A DNA stretch of 64,000 nucleotides from Agathobacter sp. (GTDB lineage: Bacteria; Bacillota; Clostridia; Lachnospirales; Lachnospiraceae): the NCBI GenBank assembly GCA_022511395.1, contig JAFLRQ010000002.1:4521-68520 (forward strand). The letters run 5' to 3'. The notes below the pieces were generated by a model, which did no database searches, was not told the origin of the DNA, and worked only from the letters and a program-made list of their open reading frames with translations. Both the position numbers and the translations under genes were made by a program. Shown piece by piece: positions 45,059-57,040 of the stretch (position 1 is its first letter; each line of letters begins with the position of its first letter).

Positions 45059-45943
45059 CTACTTTCCTCTTTGCGCATCCTTTCCGATATCGCGATGCTC
45101 AATTTTCAACCCGTACCCCTCATTTCCCGCCAAGCGCTTATACAGCTCGTTGGCCAGCGTCACAGAGCGGTGCTTGCCGCCGGTGCAGCCGATGGCAATC
45201 ACCAGCTGGGTTTTCCCCTCAGAAATATAATTAGGAATTAAGAATTTAATTAAATCCTCATATTTATCCAAAAATTTTGTCGCATCCGGAAACTGCATCA
45301 CATACTGCTGAATCTCCACATCGTTTCCGGTCTTTGGCTTTAGCTCGTCAATATAGTAGGGGTTCGGCAGGAAACGCACATCCATCACCAGATCTGCGTC
45401 CTCCGGGATTCCATACTTAAATCCAAATGAAAGAATCGTGACAAAAAGGCTCATATAGTTCTCATTCCGCATGAAGATTCGCTCCAGCTCCGCCTTGAGT
45501 TCCCTTGTGAGCATGCGACTGGTGTCTATAATATAATCTGCCTTTAATTTTAACACCGACAGTTTTTTCCGTTCTCTCGCAATTCCCTTGTCTACGCGGT
45601 CTCCCTGCGCCAGCGGATGCGTTCTCCTTGTCTCCTTGTACCGCTTGACAAGAACTCCGTCCTCCGCATCCAGAAAAAGAATCTCACAGTGTGCCTCCTT
45701 CTCCGCAAGCATACGGATCATCTCATCCACGCGCTCCAAGCCGTCCCCGCTGCGCACATCGGTGCCGATCGCCATTTTTTGATTGTCGGTGCGGAAGGTC
45801 ATGCCAAAATCCACCAGCTTATCCAGCAACGGCATCGGCAGATTGTCGATACAGAAAAATCCCATATCCTCCATCATCTTCATGGCGGTGCTTTTGCCCG
45901 CACCGGACATTCCTGTCACGATCACCAAACGCAAACGTTCCAT
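45059..45943 (-). CDS. rapZ: RNase adapter RapZ/YvcJ
   Basis: TGMSGAGKS, SFGFKYG, DVRFLPNP and GCTGGKHRSV motifs. Confidence 0.95.
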   Translation of the reverse strand: MERLRLVIVTGMSGAGKSTAMKMMEDMGFFCIDNLPMPLLDKLVDFGMTFRTDNQKMAIGTDVRSGDGLERVDEMIRMLAEKEAHCEILFLDAEDGVLVKRYKETRRTHPLAQGDRVDKGIARERKKLSVLKLKADYIIDTSRMLTRELKAELERIFMRNENYMSLFVTILSFGFKYGIPEDADLVMDVRFLPNPYYIDELKPKTGNDVEIQQYVMQFPDATKFLDKYEDLIKFLIPNYISEGKTQLVIAIGCTGGKHRSVTLANELYKRLAGNEGYGLKIEHRDIGKDAQRGK

Positions 45944-45969
45944 GCTTTCTCCCTTCCTGCAGACCGGCA

Positions 45970-46875
45970 CTAAAACTCCCCGATCAGCTTTACCTCCGGC
46001 TCCAGCCGCACACCAAAGCACGCCTCCACCCGGTCCGCCACATCGCACATGAGCTGTCTCACATCCGCCGCTGTTGCGCCACCCCGGTTGATGACAAAAC
46101 CACAGTGTTTTTCCGACACCTGCGCCCCGCCCACCGTGTAGCCGCGCAGACCGGCATCCATGATCAGCTGCCCTGCAAAATGTCCCTGCGGGCGCTTAAA
46201 CGTACTCCCGGCACTTGGATACTCCAGCGGCTGTTTCTCGGTCCGCTGTCTCGCCAACTGTGCCATGCGCGCGCGAATCTCCCCGCTGTCTCCCGGCTCC
46301 AGCTTCAGCCGTGCCTCCACAACGATATAATTATGCTCGGGAATGCAGCTGTGCCGGTATCCGAAATCCAGCTCCCCACTGCTCAGACAGTGCGCATTTA
46401 CATCCTGATCCAGCACCGTGACCTGCTCGACGACATCCCTCATCTCGCCCCCGTATGCACCGGCGTTCATCACGACCGCACCGCCGAGATTGCCCGGAAT
46501 ACCCGCGGCAAATTCCAATCCGCTCAATGCTGCCTGCGCCGCCTTCTGCGCGATTCCTGTGAGCATTGCGCCGGCGGACGCCACAAGTGTCTGTCCCTCA
46601 ATTCGAACCTCGCTCATCTCTTCGCCGATCTCAATAACCAGCCCGCGTATTCCTCCGTCTCCCACCAAAAGGTTGCTGCCATGTCCGACGACCGTCACCG
46701 AAATGCCGGCCTGCCCTGCAAGCTTTATCAGATGCGCCAGTTCCTCCCGGCGCGGCCTCGCATAGTACTCCGCAGGACCTCCAATCCTGAAGGTCGTATG
46801 CCTCTCCATTGGTTCCTCCGCCGCAAGAATCAACTGCGGCAGCCGCTCTGTGACCAGCGCCCGAAAATCGTCCAT
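45970..46875 (-). CDS. murB: UDP-N-acetylenolpyruvoylglucosamine reductase
   Basis: HTTFRIGG, GSNLLV, IPG..GGA..MNAGAYG, SAGSTFKRP and EPEV motifs. Confidence 0.96.
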   Translation of the reverse strand: MDDFRALVTERLPQLILAAEEPMERHTTFRIGGPAEYYARPRREELAHLIKLAGQAGISVTVVGHGSNLLVGDGGIRGLVIEIGEEMSEVRIEGQTLVASAGAMLTGIAQKAAQAALSGLEFAAGIPGNLGGAVVMNAGAYGGEMRDVVEQVTVLDQDVNAHCLSSGELDFGYRHSCIPEHNYIVVEARLKLEPGDSGEIRARMAQLARQRTEKQPLEYPSAGSTFKRPQGHFAGQLIMDAGLRGYTVGGAQVSEKHCGFVINRGGATAADVRQLMCDVADRVEACFGVRLEPEVKLIGEF

Positions 46876-46877
46876 TC

Positions 46878-48305
46878 CTATGCTTCCTTCAAGAATGCAA
46901 TATAGCCCAGCAGCGCCTCATACAGATCCGCCTTGCTGATAATCTCCCACGGCGCATGCATGTTTAGGACTGCCACGCCGCTGTCAATCACGTTCATCCC
47001 GTAATTTGCAAGGATATAGGCGATGGTGCCGCCGCCGCCCTGGTCAACCTTGCCCAGCTCCGCCGTCTGGAACGCCACTCCCGCATTGTCAAAAATGCCG
47101 CGCAGCTTTGCCATATACTCTGCGTTGGCATCGTTCGATCCGCTCTTGCCCCGAGAACCGGTGTACTTATTGAATACAAGCCCCTTGCCGAAGTATGCGG
47201 AGTTCTTCTTCTCCATCACAGCAGGGTAATTCGGGTCAAACGCCGCGGACACATCCGAGGAGAGCACCTTGGAATTCTTCATGGCCCGGCGCATGGCCAG
47301 CTCACTGTAAGCGCCCGTGAGGTTCATCACCTCCGCCACGCAGTTTTCAAAAAAGCGGGACTGCATTCCGGTCGCGCCCACGCTGCCGATTTCCTCCTTG
47401 TCAACCAGAAGGCAGACGCTGGTGTACTCCGGTTTTTCCACCCTCTGCATCGCAACAAAAGAGGGGTATGCGCACACGCGGTCGTCATGCCCGTAACCCA
47501 TGATCATGCTGCGGTCAAAGCCGTAATCCCTCGCTGCCCCCGCAGGAACCACCTCGATCTCCGCGGACAGGAAATCCTCCTCATCAATTCCGTACTCCCT
47601 TGAGAGGATATCCAGAATATTTGCCTTGACACGCTCCTTTTTGTCCTTCTTTTTCTTCCCGTCCCCCTTGGACTCCTCGTCGTCCTCCTGCTCATCAGCG
47701 GGGATTGAGCCAATCAGTACGTCCAGATTCTCGCCCTCGATGACCTTTGCCGCCTTCTTCTCCATCTGCTCAGAGGAGAGATGGATCAAAAGGTCACTGA
47801 CGCCAAATACCGGATCCTCCGGCTTGTCGCCGATATTGACCGTGACTGTCGTCCCGTCCTTTTTGCAGATGACGCCGTGCAGTGCCAATGGGAGCGTCAC
47901 CCACTGATATTTCTTTACACCGCCGTAATAGTGCGTATCCAGAAGCGCCATCTCAGTATCCTCATACAGCGGCACCTGCTTTAAATCCAGCCTCGGGGAA
48001 TCCATATGCGCCCCCAGAATGTTCATGCCGGCCTCCAGCGGTTTTTGCCCGACAACAAACATTGCAAGCCCTTTGCCCATATTGTCTGCAACAATCTTAT
48101 CGCCCGCCTTAACCGGCGCACCGGCTGCAATCAGCTCATCGAGATCCCGAAAGCCAGCCGCCTTCGCATCCGCGTACAGCCGCGCTGCGCACTCGCGCTC
48201 CGTCTTGCACTCGGAGATAAATCTGCGGTACTCCTCCGCAAACCGGAACACCTCTTCCCGCTTGTTCCCCTGCGGATATTTCTCCCATACATTTTTCTTT
48301 TCCAT
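46878..48305 (-). CDS. M18 family aminopeptidase
   Basis: GAHMDSP, DDR, EEIGS and MHAP.E motifs. Confidence 0.92.
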   Translation of the reverse strand: MEKKNVWEKYPQGNKREEVFRFAEEYRRFISECKTERECAARLYADAKAAGFRDLDELIAAGAPVKAGDKIVADNMGKGLAMFVVGQKPLEAGMNILGAHMDSPRLDLKQVPLYEDTEMALLDTHYYGGVKKYQWVTLPLALHGVICKKDGTTVTVNIGDKPEDPVFGVSDLLIHLSSEQMEKKAAKVIEGENLDVLIGSIPADEQEDDEESKGDGKKKKDKKERVKANILDILSREYGIDEEDFLSAEIEVVPAGAARDYGFDRSMIMGYGHDDRVCAYPSFVAMQRVEKPEYTSVCLLVDKEEIGSVGATGMQSRFFENCVAEVMNLTGAYSELAMRRAMKNSKVLSSDVSAAFDPNYPAVMEKKNSAYFGKGLVFNKYTGSRGKSGSNDANAEYMAKLRGIFDNAGVAFQTAELGKVDQGGGGTIAYILANYGMNVIDSGVAVLNMHAPWEIISKADLYEALLGYIAFLKEA

Positions 48306-48347
48306 ATTGATACCTTCTTTCTATACTTGAATAATGGAGCAGATTTA

Positions 48348-49295
48348 TTACTCATCCTCGCTCTGCCTTGTCATGTTCTCCTGCACTCTGCGGTACAGCT
48401 CCTTGGCCGCATTGTAGCCCAGCTTCTTCTGCCTGTGGTTGACGGCCGCCGTCTCGCAGATGACGGCAAGATTCCTCCCCGGACGAATCGGCAGGGAATG
48501 GCACACGACCTTCGTTCCAAGATATTCGGTGTACTCCTCCTCCAGCCCAAGACGATCATAATCCGCATCCTTCTTCCAATCCTCCAGCTTGATGACCAGA
48601 TCAATCGCCTGCTTCTCCTTGACGCACTCCACGCCGTAAAGGGCTTTGACGTCGATAATTCCGATACCCCGCAGCTCGATAAAATGCCTTGTCACATCGG
48701 GCGAGGTACCGACCAGCATGTGGTCATTGATTTTGCGGATCTCCACCACATCGTCTGTCACCAGACGGTGGCCCCTGCGAATCAGCTCCAGCGCCGCCTC
48801 ACTTTTTCCGATGCCGCTGTCCCCGGTGATCATCAGACCCTCGCCGTACACATCCACAAGGACGCCGTGAATCGTGATGCAGGGCGCAAGCTGCTCGCCC
48901 AGCGCATAAATGAGTTCCGCCATGAATTCCGAGGTTGGCCGCCCGGTACCCAGGACAGGCACTCCGTACTGCTCCGCCAGCTTCAGAAGGATCTGCTCCG
49001 GCTCCAGATCTCTGCAGAAAATGATGCAGGGGATGTCAAACTGCAGGAAGTCTTCATACCGCTTCCTCCTGTCCTCATCCGCCATCTGCCGGATATAAGT
49101 ATATTCCACATTTCCCATAATCTGAATTCTGGACTTCTGAAAATGTTCAAAATATCCGGCAAGCTGCAGTGCCGGACGGTTTACATCGCTGACGGTAACC
49201 TTGCGCTTCTTCAAATCCAGATTGCGGGTAAAGCATTTCAAATCCAAAAGCTCAGCCATCTTTGCCACACTGACACTGTTATTCGGCATGTACAA
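48348..49295 (-). CDS. hprK: HPr kinase/phosphorylase
   Basis: HGVLVD, GDSGIGKSE, LVTDD and ELRGIGII motifs. Confidence 0.96.
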   Translation of the reverse strand: MYMPNNSVSVAKMAELLDLKCFTRNLDLKKRKVTVSDVNRPALQLAGYFEHFQKSRIQIMGNVEYTYIRQMADEDRRKRYEDFLQFDIPCIIFCRDLEPEQILLKLAEQYGVPVLGTGRPTSEFMAELIYALGEQLAPCITIHGVLVDVYGEGLMITGDSGIGKSEAALELIRRGHRLVTDDVVEIRKINDHMLVGTSPDVTRHFIELRGIGIIDVKALYGVECVKEKQAIDLVIKLEDWKKDADYDRLGLEEEYTEYLGTKVVCHSLPIRPGRNLAVICETAAVNHRQKKLGYNAAKELYRRVQENMTRQSEDE

Positions 49296-49373
49296 TCCCC
49301 CATCTATTTTATTATAATCATTTGCGGTCTATGCCTCTCACGCAATTTTAACACAATTCCACATAGATCGCAA

Positions 49374-51212
49374 TTATGTACGATGCAAAAATTCATAGAC
49401 CTTCTCAGCCACCTGACGGTTTAAGCTCTCTGTCTGCGCCAGCTCCTCCACCGATGCCTGTTTCATGTTCTCCAATGACTGAAACCGCCGCATCAGCGCC
49501 TTGCGCCTTGCCGGTCCCACCCCTTCGATTTCATCCAGCGCAGAGTGCACCTGGGATTTGGAACGCAGGCTCCGGTGGTACTCAATCGCAAAGCGGTGTG
49601 CCTCGTCCTGAATCCGCGTGATCAGCTTGAAGCCCTCGCTGTGCCGGTCGATCGGAATTTCCACATTGTTGTAATACAGCCCTCTCGTCCGGTGGAAATC
49701 ATCCTTCACCATGCCGCACACAGGGATATCCAGTCCCAGCTCGGAGAGAACGGAAAGACACACATTGACCTGCCCCCTGCCGCCGTCCATGAGAATGATG
49801 TCCGGGAAACGGGTAAAGCTGTCATTGATCTCCTTTTCCTCCTGCATTCCGTGGAGAAACCGGCGGGTCAGAACCTCCCTCATGGAGCCGTAATCATCCG
49901 GTCCCGTGACCGTCTTTAGCCTGAACTTCCGGTAGTCGCTGCGTTTCGGCTTTCCCCGCTCGTACACAATCATCGAACCCACCGTATCAAACCCGTTGAT
50001 ATTGGAAATATCGTAGGCCTCCATCCGCTCGAGCCCGGCGATCCCCAGGAGTCCTTCAAGCTCCTTCACCGCGCCGATTGTGCGGCCTTCCTCCCGCTTG
50101 ATCCTCTCTTTGTCCTGCCCCAAAACCATCTCCGCATTTTTTGCCGCGAGCTCCACAAGCTTTTCCTTCATCCCCTTCTGCGGAATGACGATCGTCACCT
50201 TGTGACCGCGTTTTTTTGTCAGCCACTCCTCCATGATCTCAACATCCTGCACCGGCTCCTGCAGCATAATCCTGCGCGGAATGAAGGGTGTCCCGGCGTA
50301 AAACTGCTTGACAAATTCGGTCAGGATGTCCCCGCGCTGCTCCTCCGTCCCGACACGCACATGGAAGTGGTCGCGGCCAATGATTTTCCCTCCCCGGATG
50401 AAAAACACCTGCACCACCGCATCCACGTCATCGCTTGCCAGCGCAATGATATCCTGATCCTCTCCGTCCGTGTTCGTCACCTTCTGCTTTTGCGCAATCT
50501 GTCTGACGCTGTTCAAAAGCTCCCGGTATTCGATCGCTCGTTCAAACTCCATTTCAGCGGATGCCGCGTTCATCTTATCCTCCAGATCGCGCAGCACGGG
50601 TTTGTAGTTGCCGTTCAAAAAATCCAGCACCGCATTGACCCGCTCAGCGTACTCCTCCTTCGAGATATTCCCCTGGCAGGGCGCCGTGCACTGGTGAATA
50701 TGATAGTTCAGACAGGCCCGCTCCAGCCCGATGTCCCTCGGCAGCACACGGCTGCATGTTCTGAGCCGGTAGATCTTGTTGATGAGCTCGATGGTGTCGT
50801 GCACCGCTCCGGCGCTGGTGTATGGGCCAAAATAGCGGGATTTGTCCTTGTTCATCCGACGGGAAAAAAGCACGCGCGGAAAATCCTCCCCCACTGTCAC
50901 CTTGATGTACGGGTAGGTCTTGTCATCCCGGAGCATCGTGTTGTACTTTGGCGTGTGTTCCTTGATCAGGTTACATTCCAAAACCAGCGCCTCCAGCTCC
51001 GAGTCCGTGATGATATACTCAAACCTAGCAATGTGCTGCACCATCTGCTTTTTTTTAATGCCTTCGTCATGGCTGGGCTGAAAATACTGCCGCACCCGCT
51101 TTCTGAGGCTTAGTGCCTTCCCAATATAGATGATGGCGTCACTCGCGTCATGCATAAGATAAACTCCCGGCTGATCCGGGAGTTTCCTCAATTCCTCTTC
51201 AAAGTCAAACAT
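49374..51212 (-). CDS. uvrC: Excinuclease ABC subunit C
   Basis: GIY-YIG motif (PGVY..IYIGKA), [21 protein letters not shown], HhH. Confidence 0.97.
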   Translation of the reverse strand: MFDFEEELRKLPDQPGVYLMHDASDAIIYIGKALSLRKRVRQYFQPSHDEGIKKKQMVQHIARFEYIITDSELEALVLECNLIKEHTPKYNTMLRDDKTYPYIKVTVGEDFPRVLFSRRMNKDKSRYFGPYTSAGAVHDTIELINKIYRLRTCSRVLPRDIGLERACLNYHIHQCTAPCQGNISKEEYAERVNAVLDFLNGNYKPVLRDLEDKMNAASAEMEFERAIEYRELLNSVRQIAQKQKVTNTDGEDQDIIALASDDVDAVVQVFFIRGGKIIGRDHFHVRVGTEEQRGDILTEFVKQFYAGTPFIPRRIMLQEPVQDVEIMEEWLTKKRGHKVTIVIPQKGMKEKLVELAAKNAEMVLGQDKERIKREEGRTIGAVKELEGLLGIAGLERMEAYDISNINGFDTVGSMIVYERGKPKRSDYRKFRLKTVTGPDDYGSMREVLTRRFLHGMQEEKEINDSFTRFPDIILMDGGRGQVNVCLSVLSELGLDIPVCGMVKDDFHRTRGLYYNNVEIPIDRHSEGFKLITRIQDEAHRFAIEYHRSLRSKSQVHSALDEIEGVGPARRKALMRRFQSLENMKQASVEELAQTESLNRQVAEKVYEFLHRT

Positions 51213-53146
51213 TATGATTCCTCTGATTGATTTTCCTCTTTGCCCTCCTCCTCGGGAAGTCCCTTCATCTCCCGGAACATTTTCATGAATTCTTTTCCGG
51301 TGATGGTCTCCTTCTCGTAGAGGTAGTCGCTGATATGATCCAAAATCTCGCGGTTTTCCACCAGCAGGCCGGAAGCCTTATCATAGCACTCATTGATGAT
51401 GCCAAGCACCTCCTTATCGATCTGCCCTGCAGTGTCCTCGCCGCAGATCAGGCCCGCGCCGCCGTCCAGATACTGATTCTGGATGGTCGCAAGGCACATC
51501 ATGCCAAATTTATCCGACATACCGTACATGGTGACCATGGCGCGCGCAATCTTTGTCGCCTGCTCAATATCGTTCGCCGCACCGCTGGTCGCTGACTGAA
51601 ATACCAGAACCTCCGCCGCACGCCCCGCCATATAAGTTGTAATTTTTGCGAGAAGTTCGTCCTTTGTCTCCAGATACTTCTCCTCCTCCGGGGTCTGCAG
51701 CGTGTAGCCTAAAGCGCCCATTGTGCGGGGCACAATCGTGATCTTCTGCACCGGCTCCGTATTTTTCTGCAGGGCGGAAACCAGCGCGTGTCCGACCTCG
51801 TGGTAGGATACAATATGCCGCTCCCTCTCGCTCATCACACGGTCTTTCTTCTCCTTGCCGCCCACTGCCACAAGCTCAAACGCCTCAAAGAGATCCGACT
51901 GGTTCACAAAATGGCGTCCGTTCTTGACCGCATTGATGGCGGCCTCGTTAATCATGTTCGCAAGATCCGAGCCCACCAGTCCCGCGGTAGCAAGCGCCAG
52001 CGCGTCCAGATCCACGGTCTCATCCATGTGGACATCCTTGGAGTGAACCTTGAGCGTCTCCAGACGCCCTTTCAAATCCGGCTTGTCAACAATGATCCGG
52101 CGGTCAAAGCGTCCCGGACGAAGCAGCGCTTTGTCCAGCACCTCCGGTCGGTTTGTCGCCGCTAAAATCAAAATTCCCTTTGAGGGATCAAAGCCATCCA
52201 TCTCGGCGAGAAGCTGGTTTAAGGTCTGCTCCCTCTCGTCATTTCCGCCGTAGCGGCTGTCACGGCTCTTGCCGATGGCATCAATCTCATCGATAAATAT
52301 GATGCAGGGGGCCATCTTCTGTGCCTCCTTGAACAAATCCCTCACCCGGGATGCGCCCACACCGACGAACATCTCCACAAAATCCGAGCCTGCCAATGAG
52401 AAAAACGGCACATTCGCCTCGCCCGCCACAGCCTTGGCAAGCAGGGTTTTTCCGGTTCCGGGTGGTCCCACAAGGAGGGCTCCCTTCGGCAGCTTGGCGC
52501 CAATCTCACTGTATTTTTTGGGGTTATGCAGGAAATCGACCACCTCCTGCAAAGACTCCTTCGCCTCATCCTGCCCCGCCACATCCTTGAAGGTGACGCC
52601 GGTGGTTTTTTCCACATAGACCTTGGCCGTGCTTTTCCCCACGCCCATCGCCCCGCCGCCCATGCGCCTCATCAGGATTCCAAACAGAATCCAGACAAAC
52701 ACAAAGGGGATCACGATGCTTAAAATATTTACCAGCCATGTAGAGGTGTTGTCCGGAACCTTGGCGCTGATCACCACGGGCTTGTCCCCGGATGTCCTCG
52801 CATTTTTCAGCGCTGCGACCAGCTCCGGATCGTTCACGTAACCGGTGTAGTAGGTGATGGGATACTGGCCCTTATCCTTCACGAGCTTATAGTCGATTTC
52901 GTAGCTCCCGAATTCCACGGATTCCACATTTCCCGCAGCAAGCTGCTCCAGAAACTCTGTGTAGGTGGTCTCTTTCGAGCTCATCTGGGAAAAACGGCTC
53001 GCCAGAAGCGACACGAAAAACAGCACCACCAACGCCATCAGAATAAAGCTTAAAATCATCTGGCCGTTGCGGTTCCCTTTATTGCTGCGATTGCCGCTTC
53101 CACCCTTGTCTCTGTTGTTTTTATAGTCCTTAGGGGTATTATCCAT
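51212..53146 (-). CDS. ftsH: ATP-dependent zinc metalloprotease FtsH
   Basis: Two TM helices; [20 protein letters not shown] and HEVGH motifs. May be one of several paralogs. Confidence 0.93.
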   Translation of the reverse strand: MDNTPKDYKNNRDKGGSGNRSNKGNRNGQMILSFILMALVVLFFVSLLASRFSQMSSKETTYTEFLEQLAAGNVESVEFGSYEIDYKLVKDKGQYPITYYTGYVNDPELVAALKNARTSGDKPVVISAKVPDNTSTWLVNILSIVIPFVFVWILFGILMRRMGGGAMGVGKSTAKVYVEKTTGVTFKDVAGQDEAKESLQEVVDFLHNPKKYSEIGAKLPKGALLVGPPGTGKTLLAKAVAGEANVPFFSLAGSDFVEMFVGVGASRVRDLFKEAQKMAPCIIFIDEIDAIGKSRDSRYGGNDEREQTLNQLLAEMDGFDPSKGILILAATNRPEVLDKALLRPGRFDRRIIVDKPDLKGRLETLKVHSKDVHMDETVDLDALALATAGLVGSDLANMINEAAINAVKNGRHFVNQSDLFEAFELVAVGGKEKKDRVMSERERHIVSYHEVGHALVSALQKNTEPVQKITIVPRTMGALGYTLQTPEEEKYLETKDELLAKITTYMAGRAAEVLVFQSATSGAANDIEQATKIARAMVTMYGMSDKFGMMCLATIQNQYLDGGAGLICGEDTAGQIDKEVLGIINECYDKASGLLVENREILDHISDYLYEKETITGKEFMKMFREMKGLPEEEGKEENQSEES

Positions 53147-53181
53147 AGTTCCTCCAGTGTATGTAGATAATCAACAATTGT

Positions 53182-53292
53182 ATTATATGTAAAAAAGACA
53201 TTGAAATCAACAACTTGTTAATGAACTTTTCTCTTTATTTCTAAAGTTTTTCTAAAAAAACTATAGAATATTTTCCCCGCAGGCGGTATAAT
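53182..53292. promoter_or_regulatory. Divergent sigma-A promoters for ftsH and pyrG
   Basis: Minus strand TTGATT-17-TATAAT (53210-53182); plus strand TAGAAT-17-TATAAT (53264-53292). Confidence 0.55.
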
Positions 53293-53334
53293 ACATAGTT
53301 GTTTGTGAAATGAGCATACACTTGGAGGACAATT

Positions 53335-54923
<1,589 letters not shown>

Positions 54924-54927
<4 letters not shown>

Positions 54928-55100
54928 CGCTTCCAAAAGATCCGTTCGTACTACTGAGCGTCATCAACACACAGCTGCGGGACCATTACCCCAGCTTGGA
55001 GGAGCTGGCCGCTGCATATATGGTGGATGTGCAGACATTGACCGATCAGCTCGCCGCCATCAATTACCACTATGATCCGGAAAAGAATCAATTCGTGTGA
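54924..55100 (+). CDS. DUF4250-like small protein
   Basis: LPKDP..LLS.IN..LRD.Y...NQF pattern; ATGA overlap with the pyrG stop. Confidence 0.8.
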
Positions 55101-55114
55101 TACCAGGATCACAA

Positions 55115-55156
55115 GATCAAAAATTGCCCGTGCTTGCACAAGGGCAATTTTTGATC
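55115..55156. terminator. Bidirectional terminator
   Basis: GATCAAAAATTGCCC...GGGCAATTTTTGATC. Confidence 0.8.
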
Positions 55157-55181
55157 TTAGTGACCCGCCCAAACATCTGAA

Positions 55182-55270
55182 GCAGACGCATTGCAGTACG
55201 AACTCCGTTCGTAGGCATCTGCCGTGTGATAAGGAATCCCCCCACTCCGTGGGTCCCCCCTTGTGACAAT
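55182..55270 (-). repeat. Dispersed palindromic element, copy 2
   Basis: 31 of 32 nt match to 16415-16446; two hairpins with cGGAg loops on the minus strand. Confidence 0.8.
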
Positions 55271-55272
55271 AA

Positions 55273-56628
55273 TTAGCAATACCTCCAGAAAATGAAAAGC
55301 ATCGAGATCGTCACCACAATCAGCGTAGCCGGCACACTGACCTTGCAGTAGCGCCCCCAGCCGATCCGGTGTCCGTTCTTTTGAGCGACGGAGACGCCGA
55401 CAACATTGGCGGAGGCCCCGATCGGTGTCGCGGCTCCTCCGATATCTGTACCCATGGACAACGCCCACGCCAGCGTGTTCAGATCCACTCCCAGAGTAAC
55501 CGACAGGCTTTGGATCACGGGAACCATCGTTGCTGCAAACGGAATATTATCCACAAACGCACTGGCGAACGCAGACACCCACATAATAATCGCAACCATC
55601 AGCATGAAATTACCGTGGCTTAACCTGCCGATCAGCTTTGCGGCCAGCCCCAGGACACCTGTCTGATCCAGTCCCCCCACCACAACAAACAGACCGACAA
55701 AAAACAGGAGCATTTTAAAATCCACCTTGGCCAAAAGCCGTCCCGCATGACGCGCGTTTGCCGCCAGCGTCACCACCGCAATAAAAGCGCCGATAAAAGC
55801 CACTGTGAGGCCCGTGGTCGCATGTGAGACGAGCATAACCACCGCGATTGCAAAAATTACCGTGCTCACCGCAAACTCCTTTTTGCTGCTGATCACACTC
55901 TCCGGTGCAGGCAATTGAGTCAAATCAACACCGGCATTGCTCCCCGCCAGCTGCCTGCGGAACACAAGATAAAAATATGCCACCACAGAAATCAGCGAAA
56001 CTCCCGCCAGTACTCCGGTATTGGTGAGAAAATCCGTGAAGGAATATCCCAGCTCCGTACCGATAATGATGTTTGGCGGATCTCCGCACATTGTCGCGGA
56101 GCCCCCCAGATTGGCACAAAAGATCTCCGACAAAATCATTGGCACCGGATCAAATTTCAGGATATGGGCAAGCTCGGCGGTCACGGCCGCAAGGAAAAGA
56201 ATCACTGTGATGCTGTCGATGAACATGGACAGTATCGTGGACATAATCATAAAGACAACAAACAGGGAAAGGGTGCGATAATGCACCAGCTTCGCGAGCC
56301 TCATACAGAGCCAGCGAAAGAAACCGGCCTCTGCCATTCCCTCGACCATGACCATCATCCCAAACAGAAAAATGATGGTCGCCCAGTTGATTCCGGTGGA
56401 GACCTCGCCGGCCTCCCCGCCGTTATACCAGAACTCTGCAGCAAAGATCGACCGGACATTAAGCGTCTCCCAAACGGCGGACAGGCTGTGCATTGCAAGG
56501 CCGAACACCAGAACCATTGTTGCCGCCGCCGCAATAAGCGTCACGTACTGTTTTTCAAATTTGTCCCAGACAATCATACCAAACATCAACACGAAAATAA
56601 TAATTGCCAGAATCTGTGCCATTGTCAT
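55273..56628 (-). CDS. ArsB/NhaD/CitM-type (IT superfamily) anion permease
   Basis: ANLGGSATMCGDPPN, SAFVDNIP and GGAATPIGASAN motifs; many TM helices. Confidence 0.85.
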   Translation of the reverse strand: MTMAQILAIIIFVLMFGMIVWDKFEKQYVTLIAAAATMVLVFGLAMHSLSAVWETLNVRSIFAAEFWYNGGEAGEVSTGINWATIIFLFGMMVMVEGMAEAGFFRWLCMRLAKLVHYRTLSLFVVFMIMSTILSMFIDSITVILFLAAVTAELAHILKFDPVPMILSEIFCANLGGSATMCGDPPNIIIGTELGYSFTDFLTNTGVLAGVSLISVVAYFYLVFRRQLAGSNAGVDLTQLPAPESVISSKKEFAVSTVIFAIAVVMLVSHATTGLTVAFIGAFIAVVTLAANARHAGRLLAKVDFKMLLFFVGLFVVVGGLDQTGVLGLAAKLIGRLSHGNFMLMVAIIMWVSAFASAFVDNIPFAATMVPVIQSLSVTLGVDLNTLAWALSMGTDIGGAATPIGASANVVGVSVAQKNGHRIGWGRYCKVSVPATLIVVTISMLFIFWRYC

Positions 56629-56842
56629 CGTCTCTATTCTCTCCTCTTTCCCCGGTCAAAAGCTGCCGGAGCGTATGATCAACACCTATTTTGTTATCTT
56701 AGCACTATAAAAATCAAAAAAACAGGGTCACTTTCCATAATTTTTACCCACAAAAATTTGTTCTTTTTTAACAATTTTTCTACCAAAAAAATAATATGCC
56801 TGCAGATCGTTTTTTGTGTAACAGGAAATTCAAAGATACGTG

Positions 56843-56947
56843 AAAAGCGGCTGTCCCAAATGGAACAGCCGCCTTTCGAGGAGTTTAGTTATGAAAATGT
56901 TTATAAATAAAAAGGGAATATTGTAAAGGAATTTCTTCCGTTTACAA
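56843..56947 (-). ncRNA. Candidate ~105-nt sRNA (alternatively a plus-strand 11-aa sORF at 56891-56926)
   Basis: -10 (CA)TATACT, 5' hairpin TGTAAA..TTTACA, central TTTTCATAACTAAACTCCTC, terminator GCGGCTGT..ACAGCCGC-UUUU. Confidence 0.5.
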
Positions 56948-57040
56948 GAATCAGTATATGCTCAAAATGTGTTTTTTATATGTCTATTTTCAAAAACATT
57001 TCTAAAATAATCCCACATCTGCTTTATACTTTTTTTATAA

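Noticed and set aside
53293-53334. CTP-sensing pyrG attenuator of the B. subtilis type
   Set aside because: The leader is short, with no GGGC start and no terminator.
55547-55555. Single TTATCCACA inside the permease gene
   Set aside because: An isolated box that can be explained by coding sequence and chance.
56629-56760. Possible riboswitch upstream of the anion permease
   Set aside because: Only one small hairpin, and no riboswitch consensus that I could recognise.
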